From Nemertoderma westbladi (Eukaryota > Animalia > Xenacoelomorpha), in contig JAUCBJ010008108.1 of the NCBI GenBank assembly GCA_032718475.1, positions 1 to 47,371 of the forward strand: a stretch of 47,371 nt of DNA, read 5' to 3'. The notes under the pieces are model-generated. The model made no database searches. It had not been told where the DNA came from and saw only the letters and a program-made list of their open reading frames with translations. The position numbers and the translations under genes were made by a program. Positions 24,723 through 36,091 of the stretch are shown in pieces. How positions within the stretch are numbered: position 1 is the stretch's first letter; each line of letters begins with the position of its first letter.

Positions 24723-25097
24723 TGGCGCGACCCACCAAGTCAAGCTGAAATTGCAAGTACAATTAGTGGACCATCTGTGGTTGTTGTCGTTATAATTGTT
24801 AGAAATGTAAACCGACTATTAAGTCGGTTTTTCATTGATGAAATAAAACCAAACTTGGTACATATGTATGTGTATGAAGAGTTTGTAACTTCTACACACA
24901 GACATGTGACTATAGTTCCTCTGTCTGATGCTAGGGGTCGAATTTTAAGAAACTTAGAATTTGCTATAATTATAGATCCAACTATCACATTCAGCTGATC
25001 CCTGATGATGGTTGGAGTGACCGGCCAGGTCCACTAATTTTGCTGGTGTGTAAAGGCTTACCTAGAATTCATGCTGCGCGAATTCTGGACGTCTACG
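24723..25097. mobile_element. Divergent relative (family 3) of the TGTA-site elements
   Basis: The 5' end TCTGGCGCGACCCACCAAGTCAAGC resembles TGTGGGGCGAGCCACGAAAGTAAGC. Subterminal IR AATTAGTGGACC (24761-72, 25028-39), 3' hairpin GAATTC-ATGCTGCGC-GAATTC and terminal GACGT-CT-ACGTC. Flanked by a TC direct repeat. Confidence 0.6.
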
Positions 25098-25166
25098 TCA
25101 TACTATCTTATGAATATACAGTACGCGATTAAATTCAAATAATTAAAATTAGAAATTGTTACAAAC

Positions 25167-25293
25167 CTTTTCAGGGGAAGGATTTACCACCGGCAGTATT
25201 TTATTATTTGCCCCAGTAAATCGTCGAAGTGCATTTATTCTGTGCCACATTGTTGTGTGATGTCTTTGCGCTTCCTTTTCTGTGGCAAGAATC
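25167..25293 (-). CDS. NCX: NCX gene B exon 3 (ILATEKEAQRHHTTMWHRINALRRFTGANNKILP...)
   Basis: Homologous to the NCX SRAFYRIQATRLMTGAG region. AG/GT boundaries with consistent phases 2 and 0. Confidence 0.85.
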
Positions 25294-25770
25294 CTATAAA
25301 TATATAATACATGTAAAACATTTTTTATGGTTGTCCCTAACTCGACACCAGCATAAATATTAGACAAATGAAACAATATTTTGGATGAAAAGATTTCATC
25401 AGCCGTTATGCCAGAAATTACGTGCAAAGTATGAATCCCCCCCCCCGCCAACGATAACTATAATCCCCAGAGGAGGCTGGTACTTGTTTAGCTACCATTT
25501 AAGAAAGCAAGGCAGGGATAAACCCTAGCTAGTCCCTTTAAGGCATTCTTAAAAAATGAAAACTTTGCTAGCCCCTTTGAGTTTGGGACTGGAGCCGACG
25601 AGCTCCGGCGAGTTTCGGATGCAATATTGCAATGCAATGTTGCAATATACCACTACTCCTTGGTAGGCCCAAAGATGAGTTCAGCTTCCACAGACACACG
25701 ACAAGATGAATTTCACTTCTTGAATATTCCTTCGTATTATGCTTAACTACTCTGCGATCTGCAGTATACT

Positions 25771-25880
25771 GTTTTACTAACTTACACTGCAGTCTCCTCC
25801 TGGGTATGCTGTTTTACTAACTTACACTGCAGTCTCCTCCTGGGTATGCTGTTTTACTAACTTACACTGCGGTCTCCTCC
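25771..25880. repeat. 40-bp tandem triplication of an exon end plus splice donor
   Basis: GTTTTACTAACTTACACTGC(A/G)GTCTCCTCC units at 25771, 25811 and 25851. Confidence 0.9.
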
Positions 25881-25992
25881 GGTGTATATTCTTTGTGTTC
25901 CTTCTCCGCCCGCTTCATAAAGGCACGAACATCATCCTCGGTGACCTTATCTTCTATTGCATCTGGTATAGTTGCAAATATTCGTTCATGAT
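25866..25992 (-). CDS. NCX: NCX gene B exon 2 (DHERIFATIP...EHKEYTPEETAV)
   Basis: Phase 1 acceptor and GTAAGT phase 2 donor. Similar to the NCX cytosolic helical region before CBD1. Confidence 0.8.
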
Positions 25993-26727
25993 CTAAATAT
26001 TGGTTAATAATAATGATATAATTACAAAAAATAATAAATACATTTTTATGTTTTATATATATTTCTATTTGTTTGAGAACTTGAGGTTTTAGGTTAAATG
26101 TCCAGTATGATGTACTCAATATGCAGATTTTTACGCAATTAATTTTATAAACCTATTTGTATTTATGATTTATTACACAATATTAATTATGCATGAAATA
26201 ATAGAGTTCAAAAGTAACAATTTCACATTTTTATATATAGAACTGATACTTCAATCTATCCTACAACACACTCAGTTTGTCTCAAAAGTGCCACAAAAGT
26301 CGTAAAAATTATTTGTTATATATAATGCATTATTGTAAAGGATAAAATGATTTACTAATAATCCCAGGGACTTTGGTTATGAAATTGTTTCTGAAAGGAA
26401 ATCTCCAAGATTCATCGCTGCTTCTCTATAGTCATTAATGGAAAACAACTCATCTACAAAGAATGCTGAATAATAAACTGTAGTTAATGTAAATTATTAA
26501 GTAATTTAAACATGACGAAGGGTGATCCAACTCTATAGCAAATGGAGCGGAAAAAATGAATTCGTAGTTAATTTAATTTTTTTATATTTTTATAGTTATA
26601 TTATTTTCCAGACGAACATAATAGATAAAATGTACGTAATTGATAAAAATTCACCCAATTCACCCATTTTACAGTACCAAGTCTATAACCAAAAAAGATT
26701 TATTAAGTAAAAAATGCTGACTCTTAC

Positions 26728-27388
26728 CATGTTTCGTTGCGTTTGTCTTGTTGAAAAAGTAGACATCGACACTCCAACCCAAGAAGACTAAAATTGGAAA
26801 TAGGAAAAACGTGAATACGGCCTCCCAAATGTCAATAACACCTTCAGTTATTGGAACAAGGATGATGAACAACCACACGTAGGCGAACAGAGAGAAAAAC
26901 GAAGTTACTACAACAACCCAAATTTTATTTATTCGGTGTACTTCTCCATTAGGGATAGCGACGATACAGATAGCAGTGATAACGAGAAGGTCAAAGGCAC
27001 CACTACCCACAATAGCACCAGGGCCAATGGGTCCCAATTCAAAGTTATGTGTTAAAATCTCGATGAGAGATAACATAAACTCAGGGGCACTGCTTCCTAA
27101 TGTCATAAGAGTCAGAGTAGAGACTGTTTTGTTCCAAACCAAAACATCAATTTCACGTTTGCCATTAGGGGCATCTTCATCATCTATTGTAACTTTTCGA
27201 GTTTTTGAGGTTATCGTTTCTATGGCAACCATGAATTCGTCAGCCACAACGGCGACTCCTATGAAAGTATACAACAGTCCGATCGCGTAAAGCGCAATCC
27301 GGACACCTGTAGGCCATGATGACTCATCAGCTATCGGGAATATAATGCCTGCATGGCACCTGTACTCATCATGTTGAATAACATCCAT
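26728..27388 (-). CDS. NCX: NCX gene B first visible coding exon: TM1-5 with the alpha-1 repeat
   Basis: FIGVAVVADEFMVAIETITSK, WNKTVSTLTLMTLGSSAPE, GPGAIVGSGAFD, IDIWEA. GTAAGA donor at 26727 and a candidate acceptor just before 27400, so the true start codon may lie further upstream. Confidence 0.93.
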
Positions 27389-28854
27389 GATATGTAGAAC
27401 CTGATCAAATATGATTCAAGGCATTGGACCCAAAATAAACCCAAATTCAAGTAATTCGAGACATTGCGTTGTACTATGAACAATTCATAATCGATCGTTA
27501 TTTTCTACTACTGTAACTACTAAAAAATACACAATACATATTAATATTATATATGATGCTATATTATTAGTATTAGTTTTATGTTATGTTAGTCAAAGTG
27601 TTTGTAAAATTACTTTCTATTTGTTACAAAGTAACGTAAACGACATCATGTAGTAAGTTTTGGGGACAATTCTATGTGTATGTTAGACATTATTTAGGTT
27701 TATTGTTTTTGTTTTTTCACAAGGTATCAAATAATTTATCAATCTAGAATTATAATAGATTTGATTAGCCAGTGATTGGCAAATTTGCCACTTTTACCTT
27801 TAGGGCTGCGATCTAATGTTATTCACATTGTTTGTGCTATGTTACGGTCATGATAAGGTCTACCGTTTTGTTTTTTACTGTGGCTAAGAGTGATATCACC
27901 GCTTTTGAAAGTTGTCATGAATACCACCTATTTTCCTACATATCATAGTAGTCCTAATCGATATAAAAATCTGTCACATTTTGCTTTAAAATTCAAATTT
28001 ATTACCAAACAGAGAAGGTAATAAAATCAATGCAATGGTAGGATAAATGTTTTATTAATTAATTGGAATTTTTAATCACGAGCTGAATGGCTTCCATATT
28101 TTATATTAGTTTAAAGGGATGGCTTCGAGTTACCGTGATAGCCATTTGTCCAATTATTGTTATTTGCAATAGAGTAGCAAGCAATTCAGGAGGATGAATT
28201 GTCAGCCATAGACTAATAAAAAGTAGTAGTTTATTAATTATTATTTAATTAATGCGCAACTACGTAATAGTAACATTACAGACAATAAAAATTGAGACAA
28301 TAAAAGTATAAACAAATTATATTACCGAAATAATTATGCTTCATTGTTCAAATATCTCATTTTGTTAAATTGAAAAATGTGCTTCTATTATTAATGCTAG
28401 TCAGGAATTATAATAGTCTTTTCCCTTTCCAGTTAATCTAATATAATTTATTGCAGTATATATATACACTGTAGTAGTGCCGGTAGTTAGTTTTTTCAAT
28501 CAATAAATACATACAGTACATTGAATCGAGATTCTGTTGATAAATTTTTGCATATACCAATGCGGCAAGTAGAGGAGTTCTGTGTAGAGAGAACATATGC
28601 TACAAAGACGAGGTAGATAGTAGTGCAAACCTACTGTGATATCTACAGCTATCTAGTTTGTTGTAAGATCTCATACATTAACGATGCTGGTTGGTATACA
28701 TTCTACTCTAATCCTTCGCATCTGTATCGAAAAATAGAGTCTTACACCAGTGTGTGTGTGTGTGTGGGGAGGGGGAGGGGGCGGGGGTATCCCATATCGG
28801 AAAATTAACATCACGTCTAGGCGAATTAGCAAAATGTTAATTATCAATTAATAG

Positions 28855-31027
28855 GAACGAATATGTTACAATGTCACGTTGGTCTACACTTGGCCCTATA
28901 TTATTTACAATATTATGTTACAATGTCACGTTGGTCTACACTTGGCCCTATATTATTGAACGAATATGTTACAATGTCACGTTGGTCTACACTTGGCCCT
29001 ATATTATTGAACGAATATGTTACAATGTCATGTTGGTCTACACTCGGCCCTATATTATTGAACGAATATGTTACAATGTCACGTTGGTCTACACTTGGCC
29101 CTATATTATTTACAATATTGTGTTACAATGTCACGTTGGTTTACACTTGGCCCTATATTATTGAACGAATATGTTACAATGTCACGTTGGTCTACACTTG
29201 GCCCTATATTATTTACAATATTATGTTACAATGTCACGTTGGTCTACACTTGGCCCTATATTATTGAACGAATATGTTACAATGTCACGTTGGTCTACAC
29301 TTGGCCCTATATTATTGAACGAATATGTTACAATGTCATGTTGGTCTACACTCGGCCCTATATTATTGAACGAATATGTTACAATGTCACGTTGGTCTAC
29401 ACTTGGCCCTATATTATTTACAATATTATGTTACAATGTCACGTTGGTCTACACTTGGCCCTATATTATTGAACGAATATGTTACAATGTCATGTTGGTC
29501 TACACTTGGCCCTATATTATTGAACGAATATGTTACAATGTCACGTTGGTCTACACTTGGCCCTATATTATTGAACGAATATGTTACAATGTCATGTTGG
29601 TCTACACTTGGCCCTATATTATTGAACGAATATGTTACAATGTCACGTTGGTCTACACTTGGCCCTATATTATTGAACGAATATGTTACAATGTCACGTT
29701 GGTCTACACTTGGCCCTATATTATTGAACGAATATGTTACAATGTCATGTTGGTCTACACTCGGCCCTATATTATTGAACGAATATGTTACAATGTCACA
29801 TTGGTCTACACTTGGCCCTATATTATTTACAATATTATGTTACAATGTCACGTTGGTCTACACTTGGCCCTATATTATTGAACGAATATGTTACAATGTC
29901 ATGTTGGTCTACACTTGGCCCTATATTATTGAACGAATATGTTACAATGTCACGTTGGTCTACACTTGGCCCTATATTATTGAACGAATATGTTACAATG
30001 TCACGTTGGTCTACACTTGGCCCTATATTATTGAACGAATATGTTACAATGTCACGTTGGTCTACACTTGGCCCTATATTATTAACAATATTATGTTACA
30101 ATGTCACGTTGGTCTACAATTGGCCCTATATTATTTACAATATTATGTTACAATGTCACGTTGGTCTACACTTGGCCCTATATTATTTACAATATTATGT
30201 TACAATGTCACGTTGGTCTACACTTGGCCCTATATTATTGAACGAGTATGTTACAATGTCACGTTAGTCTACATTTGGCCCTCTATTATTGAACGAGTAT
30301 GTTACAATGTCACGTTGGTCTACATTTGACCCTATATTATTTACAATATTATGTTACAATGTCACGTTGGTCTGTCTACACTTGGCCCTATATTATTTAC
30401 AATATTATGTTACAATGTCACGTTGGTCTACACTTGGCCCTATATTATTTACAATATTATGTTACAATGTCACGTTGGTCTACACTTGGCCCTATATTAT
30501 TTACAATATTATGTTACAATGCCACGTTGGTCTACACTTGGCCCTATATTATTTACAATATTATGTTACAATGTCACGTTGGTCTACATTTGGCCCTATA
30601 TTATTGAACGAGTATGTTACAATGTCACGTTGGTCTACACATGGCCCTATATTATTTACAATATTATGTTACATTGTCACGTTGGTCTACACTTGGCCCT
30701 ATATTATTTACAATATTATGTTACAATGTCACGTTGGTCTACACTTGGCCCTATATTATTTACAATATTATGTTACAATGTCACGTTGGTCTACACTTGG
30801 CCCTATATTATTTACAATATTATGTTACAATGTCACGTTGGTCTACACTTGGCCCTATATTATTGAACGAATATGTTACATTGTCATGTTGGTCTACACT
30901 CGGCCCTATATTATTGAACGAGTATGTTACAATGTCACGTTGGTCTACACTTGGCCCTATATTATTTACAATATTATGTTACAATGTCACGTTGATCTAC
31001 ACTTGGGCCTATATTATTTACAATATT
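28855..31027. repeat. Satellite array of about 42 units of 51/52 bp in two variants
   Basis: Core ATGTTACAATGTCACGTTGGTCTACACTTGGCCCTATATTATT followed by GAACGAAT (51 bp) or TACAATATT (52 bp). Confidence 0.97.
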
Positions 31028-31059
31028 CTGCAATGCTTGCAATTATAATTAGTTGTTGT

Positions 31060-32174
31060 GGGGCGAGCCACGAAAGTAAGCGAGCTTAGCATACTGGTAC
31101 CACTAACTCAATCGGTGTGTCTGTTGCTCTGTTGTTGTGTTGTGTTCAATTTTAAACGTTAATAATTCAGCCAAATCTCAATAAAATCTATCCCAACTTG
31201 GTACACATGTAGTCTACATTTGAATTTGCGTGTGGCCTTCGAGAAGCTAAGATAATAGCCAGTTAATTAATTAAATTGGAATTAATTCAGTTAGTTAGGG
31301 TGACAACAGCATTTTCAACATGACTTTTAATGGAAATTAATTATTTTATAGTATAAGATATAAATAATTATACTTAAAAATTATACAGCTGTAATTCCCA
31401 TAACCCATTCATTTATAGTTTCTAATTAGATCAAGCGATTTGCTTTAAGAAATGTGTTTTTAATTGATCTGAGCGTAATTAAGTTATTAATACTAAAATA
31501 CCCTCATCACTCTACACTACCGCCCTTATTCCAAAGCATGCTTGCTATTGCCTACTGGGAACCAGTCCAACCACAAGCTCACCACTACTCATTTGGCAGC
31601 AATGTAATGAGCCAGACTAATAAGAGAACCTTATTGCTTATTTTGTTTACCTTACAAAATGATTGGCTGAGTATTTAATCGAGATTCTTTAGAATAATTA
31701 GCTAAATAATTTATTTGAGGTGTTGACCTTATAAATTAATATTTCAGTATCAATACTATCAGCAGAAGGGAAGTTTTAATATTTCTTACAAATTGGGTTA
31801 TTATATTTATTGTTTAAATTTATGATATTACTTCATGATATATTACTTAACATGTTACCAATATCGTGAGTTTATTGATTTCTTTGATGGTTAAATAAAT
31901 TAAATAATATGCGTTCTTTAATTCTTTTTGCTAGAGATTTGTGCTGTTTGTATATTTGTGAATCGCTCCTAGTTCTATTTTGTATTATATTAAAAATAAA
32001 TATAATAACATATTACTTTTAAAACACAAATTTCCTGATAATACCAGCCTTTCAGCCCATTTACTGGTGTTCGGTTAAATTTCTTAAATACCGAGTTTGT
32101 GATACAGTAGAATCGCTCAATATTTGTCTGAATCTAATAACTAAGCTTCGTGCTGCGCGAAGGCCCCACCAACG
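31060..32174. mobile_element. TGTA-site non-autonomous element, family 1, copy 3 (more diverged)
   Basis: TGT|GGGGCGAGCCACGAAAGTAAGCGAGC start and GCTTCGTGCTGCGCGAAGGCCCCACCAACG|TGTA end, with an unrelated AT-rich interior. Confidence 0.85.
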
Positions 32175-32333
32175 TGTAATATAGTTCAACAAATTTCCAT
32201 ACGTACATTAACGTTGAATGCAATTTTTAATTCATTATTATTGCTTGTGCAGACAATTTCATCTAGTATTAATAGGTTATACAAAAACCGTGTTACTTAT
32301 TACATTTACATATTTTATTGTCTTTGTAATCAA

Positions 32334-32579
32334 TCACAATAAATTTCCACTTATTATACCATAAGCCTGAAGTATGCACATTACAAGGTAGAGGATCCAC
32401 AATAATACGAGTACTAGAGCACTGAAGTACTTAGAATAAACAACACCTCCTAGTTCAGTATTACCAGCACAATTGGTATTACGTCGAATGAATAACAGAG
32501 AGAAGCAACCTATGGCCGCACCCAGGTATAGGACCGTCGAGAATTGCAGTTGAGGAACAAGAAAAAGTAGTTGATCGCC
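32334..32579 (-). CDS. NCX: NCX gene A terminal exon (TM9-10, ...IRRN...ELGG...LLWILYLVMCILQAYGII, stop)
   Basis: TTTTCAG acceptor, 82 codons, matches the NCX C-terminus. Minus-strand AATAAA at 32314-32319. Confidence 0.92.
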   Translation of the reverse strand, partial: GDQLLFLVPQLQFSTVLYLGAAIGCFSLLFIRRNTNCAGNTELGGVVYSKYFSALVLVLLWILYLVMCILQAYGIISGNLL

Positions 32580-33026
32580 CTGAAAATAATAAAAAGTTCC
32601 AAATTAACGCTGAAAGTGAGTGAGATGTGGTATGGTGCGGTGAGTGAGAAAAGCAAAGCAATTTGTAAATTAATCAAACCAAGCAAAATGAAGGCTCTCC
32701 ATCAAAAGCGCGCAGATGTTGTCGAATATTCTTGTGTTTATTAGGTTATACAATTAGTATATGATATTACCGTGAGATCATAAGAACAACTACTATTTAT
32801 GCAAATTAATAGTAATAAGGAATAATAATATTGCGAAAAATATGAATAATTTTGGTACTATCATTTCAGTTAATAGTTTTTCGTTACCGGTACAGTAATT
32901 ACTTCCTTTGGTGTGCGTGTCGTCATTATTGGTTAGAGGGCATGACATTGGATAATTAAACCAAACACGCTTTGAGACTATACTTTGGAAACTACGAATT
33001 CTCAGAAATTAAAAACTCTACTTTAA

Positions 33027-34567
33027 CCCTATTAAACCCGTGGGAGGGGGTCAACATGACCCCCCCGTGGTTTTTTTTATTATAATTCTGAAACAAACGC
33101 AGTTGGGAATCTGAAATTTTATGACTTTTCCTAAAAATCTATTGTCTTCCTAGTAGTGAAAACCGTTTTCAAAAATCCTGGGTACTTTTCGAGTTATAGC
33201 ACCATTTTTTAACCCTACTTTTGGCACTTTTTTTGAGACGTTTTTTGAAAATTACATTTCAATAAATATGAATTGTAACATCTCTAGAAATTGGATGGAT
33301 TTCATATAAATTGATTTAGAAATTTCAAACTTGTTTTTTTCGGTGGGTGCCAAATTTTGGTGCCAGCACCAAATTTTGAAATAAGTCAATTTTATAAATT
33401 GATTGTTTTAAACTTGTTTTTTACGCTATTGGGGTTTTTTGGGGTTCTGGATTCGATGAAATATATACGAGTTGCACCAAGCGTATCAAACTTGTATTTT
33501 TCGGTGCTGTGTGCAAATTTTGGTGCTAGCACGAAATTTTGAAAATCCATTCAATAGATAAAATTGCTTGTGACAATTTATTTCTTGCGTTTTAGAGGTT
33601 TATGGCTGTTCTGAATTCAATGGAAAATATAATTATCGAACTAGACATCTCAAACTTGTATTTTTCGGATGTGGGTGCAAAATGTGGTGCTAGCACCAAA
33701 TTTTGAAAACCATCAAATATATCAATTGATTGTGTCACCTTGTTTCTTGCGTTATACGGGTTTGTGATGGTTCTGAATTCAATGGAATCAGTAAAAATTT
33801 CATAAGAGTTCTCAAACTTGTATTTTTCGCCGGTGGGTGAAAATTGTTGTGCCAGAACCAAATTTTGGAAAATATGCAAATTGATCAGTAGATAGTATCA
33901 CCTTGTTTCTTGCGTTATACGGGTTTATGAGGGTCCTGAATCCGATAGAATCAATAAAAACAGCACTGGACATCGCAAACTTGTACTTTTTGGTGATGGG
34001 TACGAAATTTGGTGCTAGCACCAAAATTTGCCAAATTACGCCGAAAAATACAAGTAGCAATGATCTGGCACATTAGAAATGTATTCCATTAGAATCAATC
34101 AGCGCCCTCGAAAACCTGAAAATGTGAATTTATAGCATCGTATAAGTGAATTAAAAATTTTGTGTTCTAACTGAAAAGTGCTGGTTACTTGTTATTTTTC
34201 ATTTTTTTCCTACGCAAAGAGGACTAAACAGCCATTTATAGTAATCATATCATTTTTAAATATTTTCCAATGTATTTTGCACCCCAAAAAACCTGTATTG
34301 AAAAATAATTAGCCGAAAATGTAACTTTCAAATTTTGTGAAAATTGTGCACTACTTGTAATTTTGGTGCTGCAATATAACCACCCCAGTACATTTTTTCG
34401 AAAATTTTTTTTTTTGGTCGGATCCAGGCAAGTGATACCTACGTACAAACAAAAAATCAGATGTTTTCGTAAATATTTGTAGATTTTAGAGGGAGGGGTC
34501 CATATGACCCCCCCCCCCCCCCCCCCCCGGTATTTGTACAGCATTTTATAGCCCGGTACTAATAGGG
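33027..34567. mobile_element. piggyBac-like non-autonomous element with a TTAA TSD and internal ~163-bp tandem repeats
   Basis: TTAA|CCCTATTA...TAATAGGG|TTAA. Five internal units (CAAACTTGT at ~33326, 33487, 33651, 33813, 33976), each carrying a version of the palindrome AAATTTTGGTGCTAGCACCAAAATTT. Confidence 0.8.
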
Positions 34568-35287
34568 TTAAGTCTGTAGTATGCAGGATGAGACAGTGCA
34601 GTGGTACGTCACTGCTGATGAAATCAAAGCCCAAACATTGGGAATCTCAGTATATAAATATCCTATTATAGTGGCATTATGGAGGGCAATTGACCACCCC
34701 CCCCCCCCCCCCCCCCCCGTCCCGGAATATTGTCATGCCTTCCCCCGCCCTCCAGTTCTTCGGATACACGTGCTGATAATTATTCTAAACTTTACTTGGA
34801 ACCTGGGATTATTTCACCCCCAGATTATGTGTATGTGTATGTGAATCAACATTTTATTTTCGTTTTCAACCATAAATTTTCAATATTCCACAAGACCTAT
34901 TATTTTGGACTATTTTTGCTCATTATTACTAGAAATCTAAGCTCTAAAAGTTCTGAATTTTATTCGCTTTCACAAGATCGATCCCGTTTAGAGTTGTTAA
35001 TTTGTTTTTATTTATAGAAACTGCATTCATTCCAAAAATTATATTACAGAATGAGCGATGTTAGTAATGGAGGCAATATATAACGATACAAACAATATTG
35101 AGGAGGGGATATTAATATAGCCAAAGAAATTGAGATTATTATTGAATGTAAAAATTTAATGTGGACAAAACAAAACAATAATATTATCTGGTATTTAGGT
35201 CACTAAAGAAGTAGTGAAGACAGACGTCATCAATCATTAACAATACTGTATATAATTTTAATAAATGAACATAAGTATATTACGAAC

Positions 35288-35438
35288 TTTGATAATGTGG
35301 TAAATGGATGCGATAGTCAATGGGATGCCTAATCCAACCAATATATTGACTGAATTTGTTGCAGTAATGTTTTCGATAGCAGAATCCGCATGGCGTTCAT
35401 GTTTTGCTGATTTTACGCATGCAAACCAGTCAGGCAAG
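35288..35438 (-). CDS. NCX: NCX gene A exon: second half of the alpha-2 repeat (SLPDWFAC...ADSAIENITATNSVNILVGLG)
   Basis: The phase 2 acceptor completes GTS|LPD, followed by 50 codons and a GT donor. Confidence 0.9.
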
Positions 35439-36091
35439 CTGTAAATAAAAGTAATATAATATATTGTAGATACATATTATTATGTATCTATTCTAGAATC
35501 GCCAGCTATTTGAAACAGTTTATGGTCTAAGGTTCCGAAGATCGAGAACGATTTGGGGGGTGTACTTATGTAAAATTTACTTGAAATAGTTAGTGATTCA
35601 TCTGTTAAAATACTGAGTCTGTCCGTTTTACTGTCGGACTGTCCGTCAGTATGTCTCCAAAACAATAGAAAACATACTATCTGTCTGTGACTTCATTTCT
35701 GATATCAGTATTCAAATTTGGCTTCTTATTTTCTGTCTGTATTCCTGCAGTCTGTCCGTCAAAATATAACCGACAGTCTGACATCCTAACAGACAATTTG
35801 GAAGTCATTAAATGTTAAATCTGACACTCGAAAATCCAGGAAACCAGGAAATCCCCTATAACTAAACTTTTAACTTTTAATTTCTACCCTTTTCTTCTAT
35901 TGGACGGAGAGAGTGTCGGATAGTCAAAAAGACCAACAAACAGACAAAGTAAATTTAATTAAAAGATAAATTTTACCTCAGAAATGAAATCAGCGACCAG
36001 TAAAACCCCCACAGCAAAAATCTTAGCATGGTTTTGTGGTTTAGTGGTGCTCTATATATATATATTGACAGACATTCTCACATATTATTAA

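Noticed and set aside
26370-26470. Possible NCX exon between TM5 and exon 2
   Set aside because: It reaches an in-frame TAA before any donor, and the flanking exons join in phase without it.
28855-31089. CRISPR array or repeat-protein ORFs
   Set aside because: There are no unique spacers (only two linker variants), no cas genes and the context is eukaryotic. The ORFs are artefacts of a 51-bp unit open in several frames.
34598-34640. CTGATGA hammerhead cores here and at ~11841 and ~25002
   Set aside because: None has a stem II followed by GAAA and a closable stem III.
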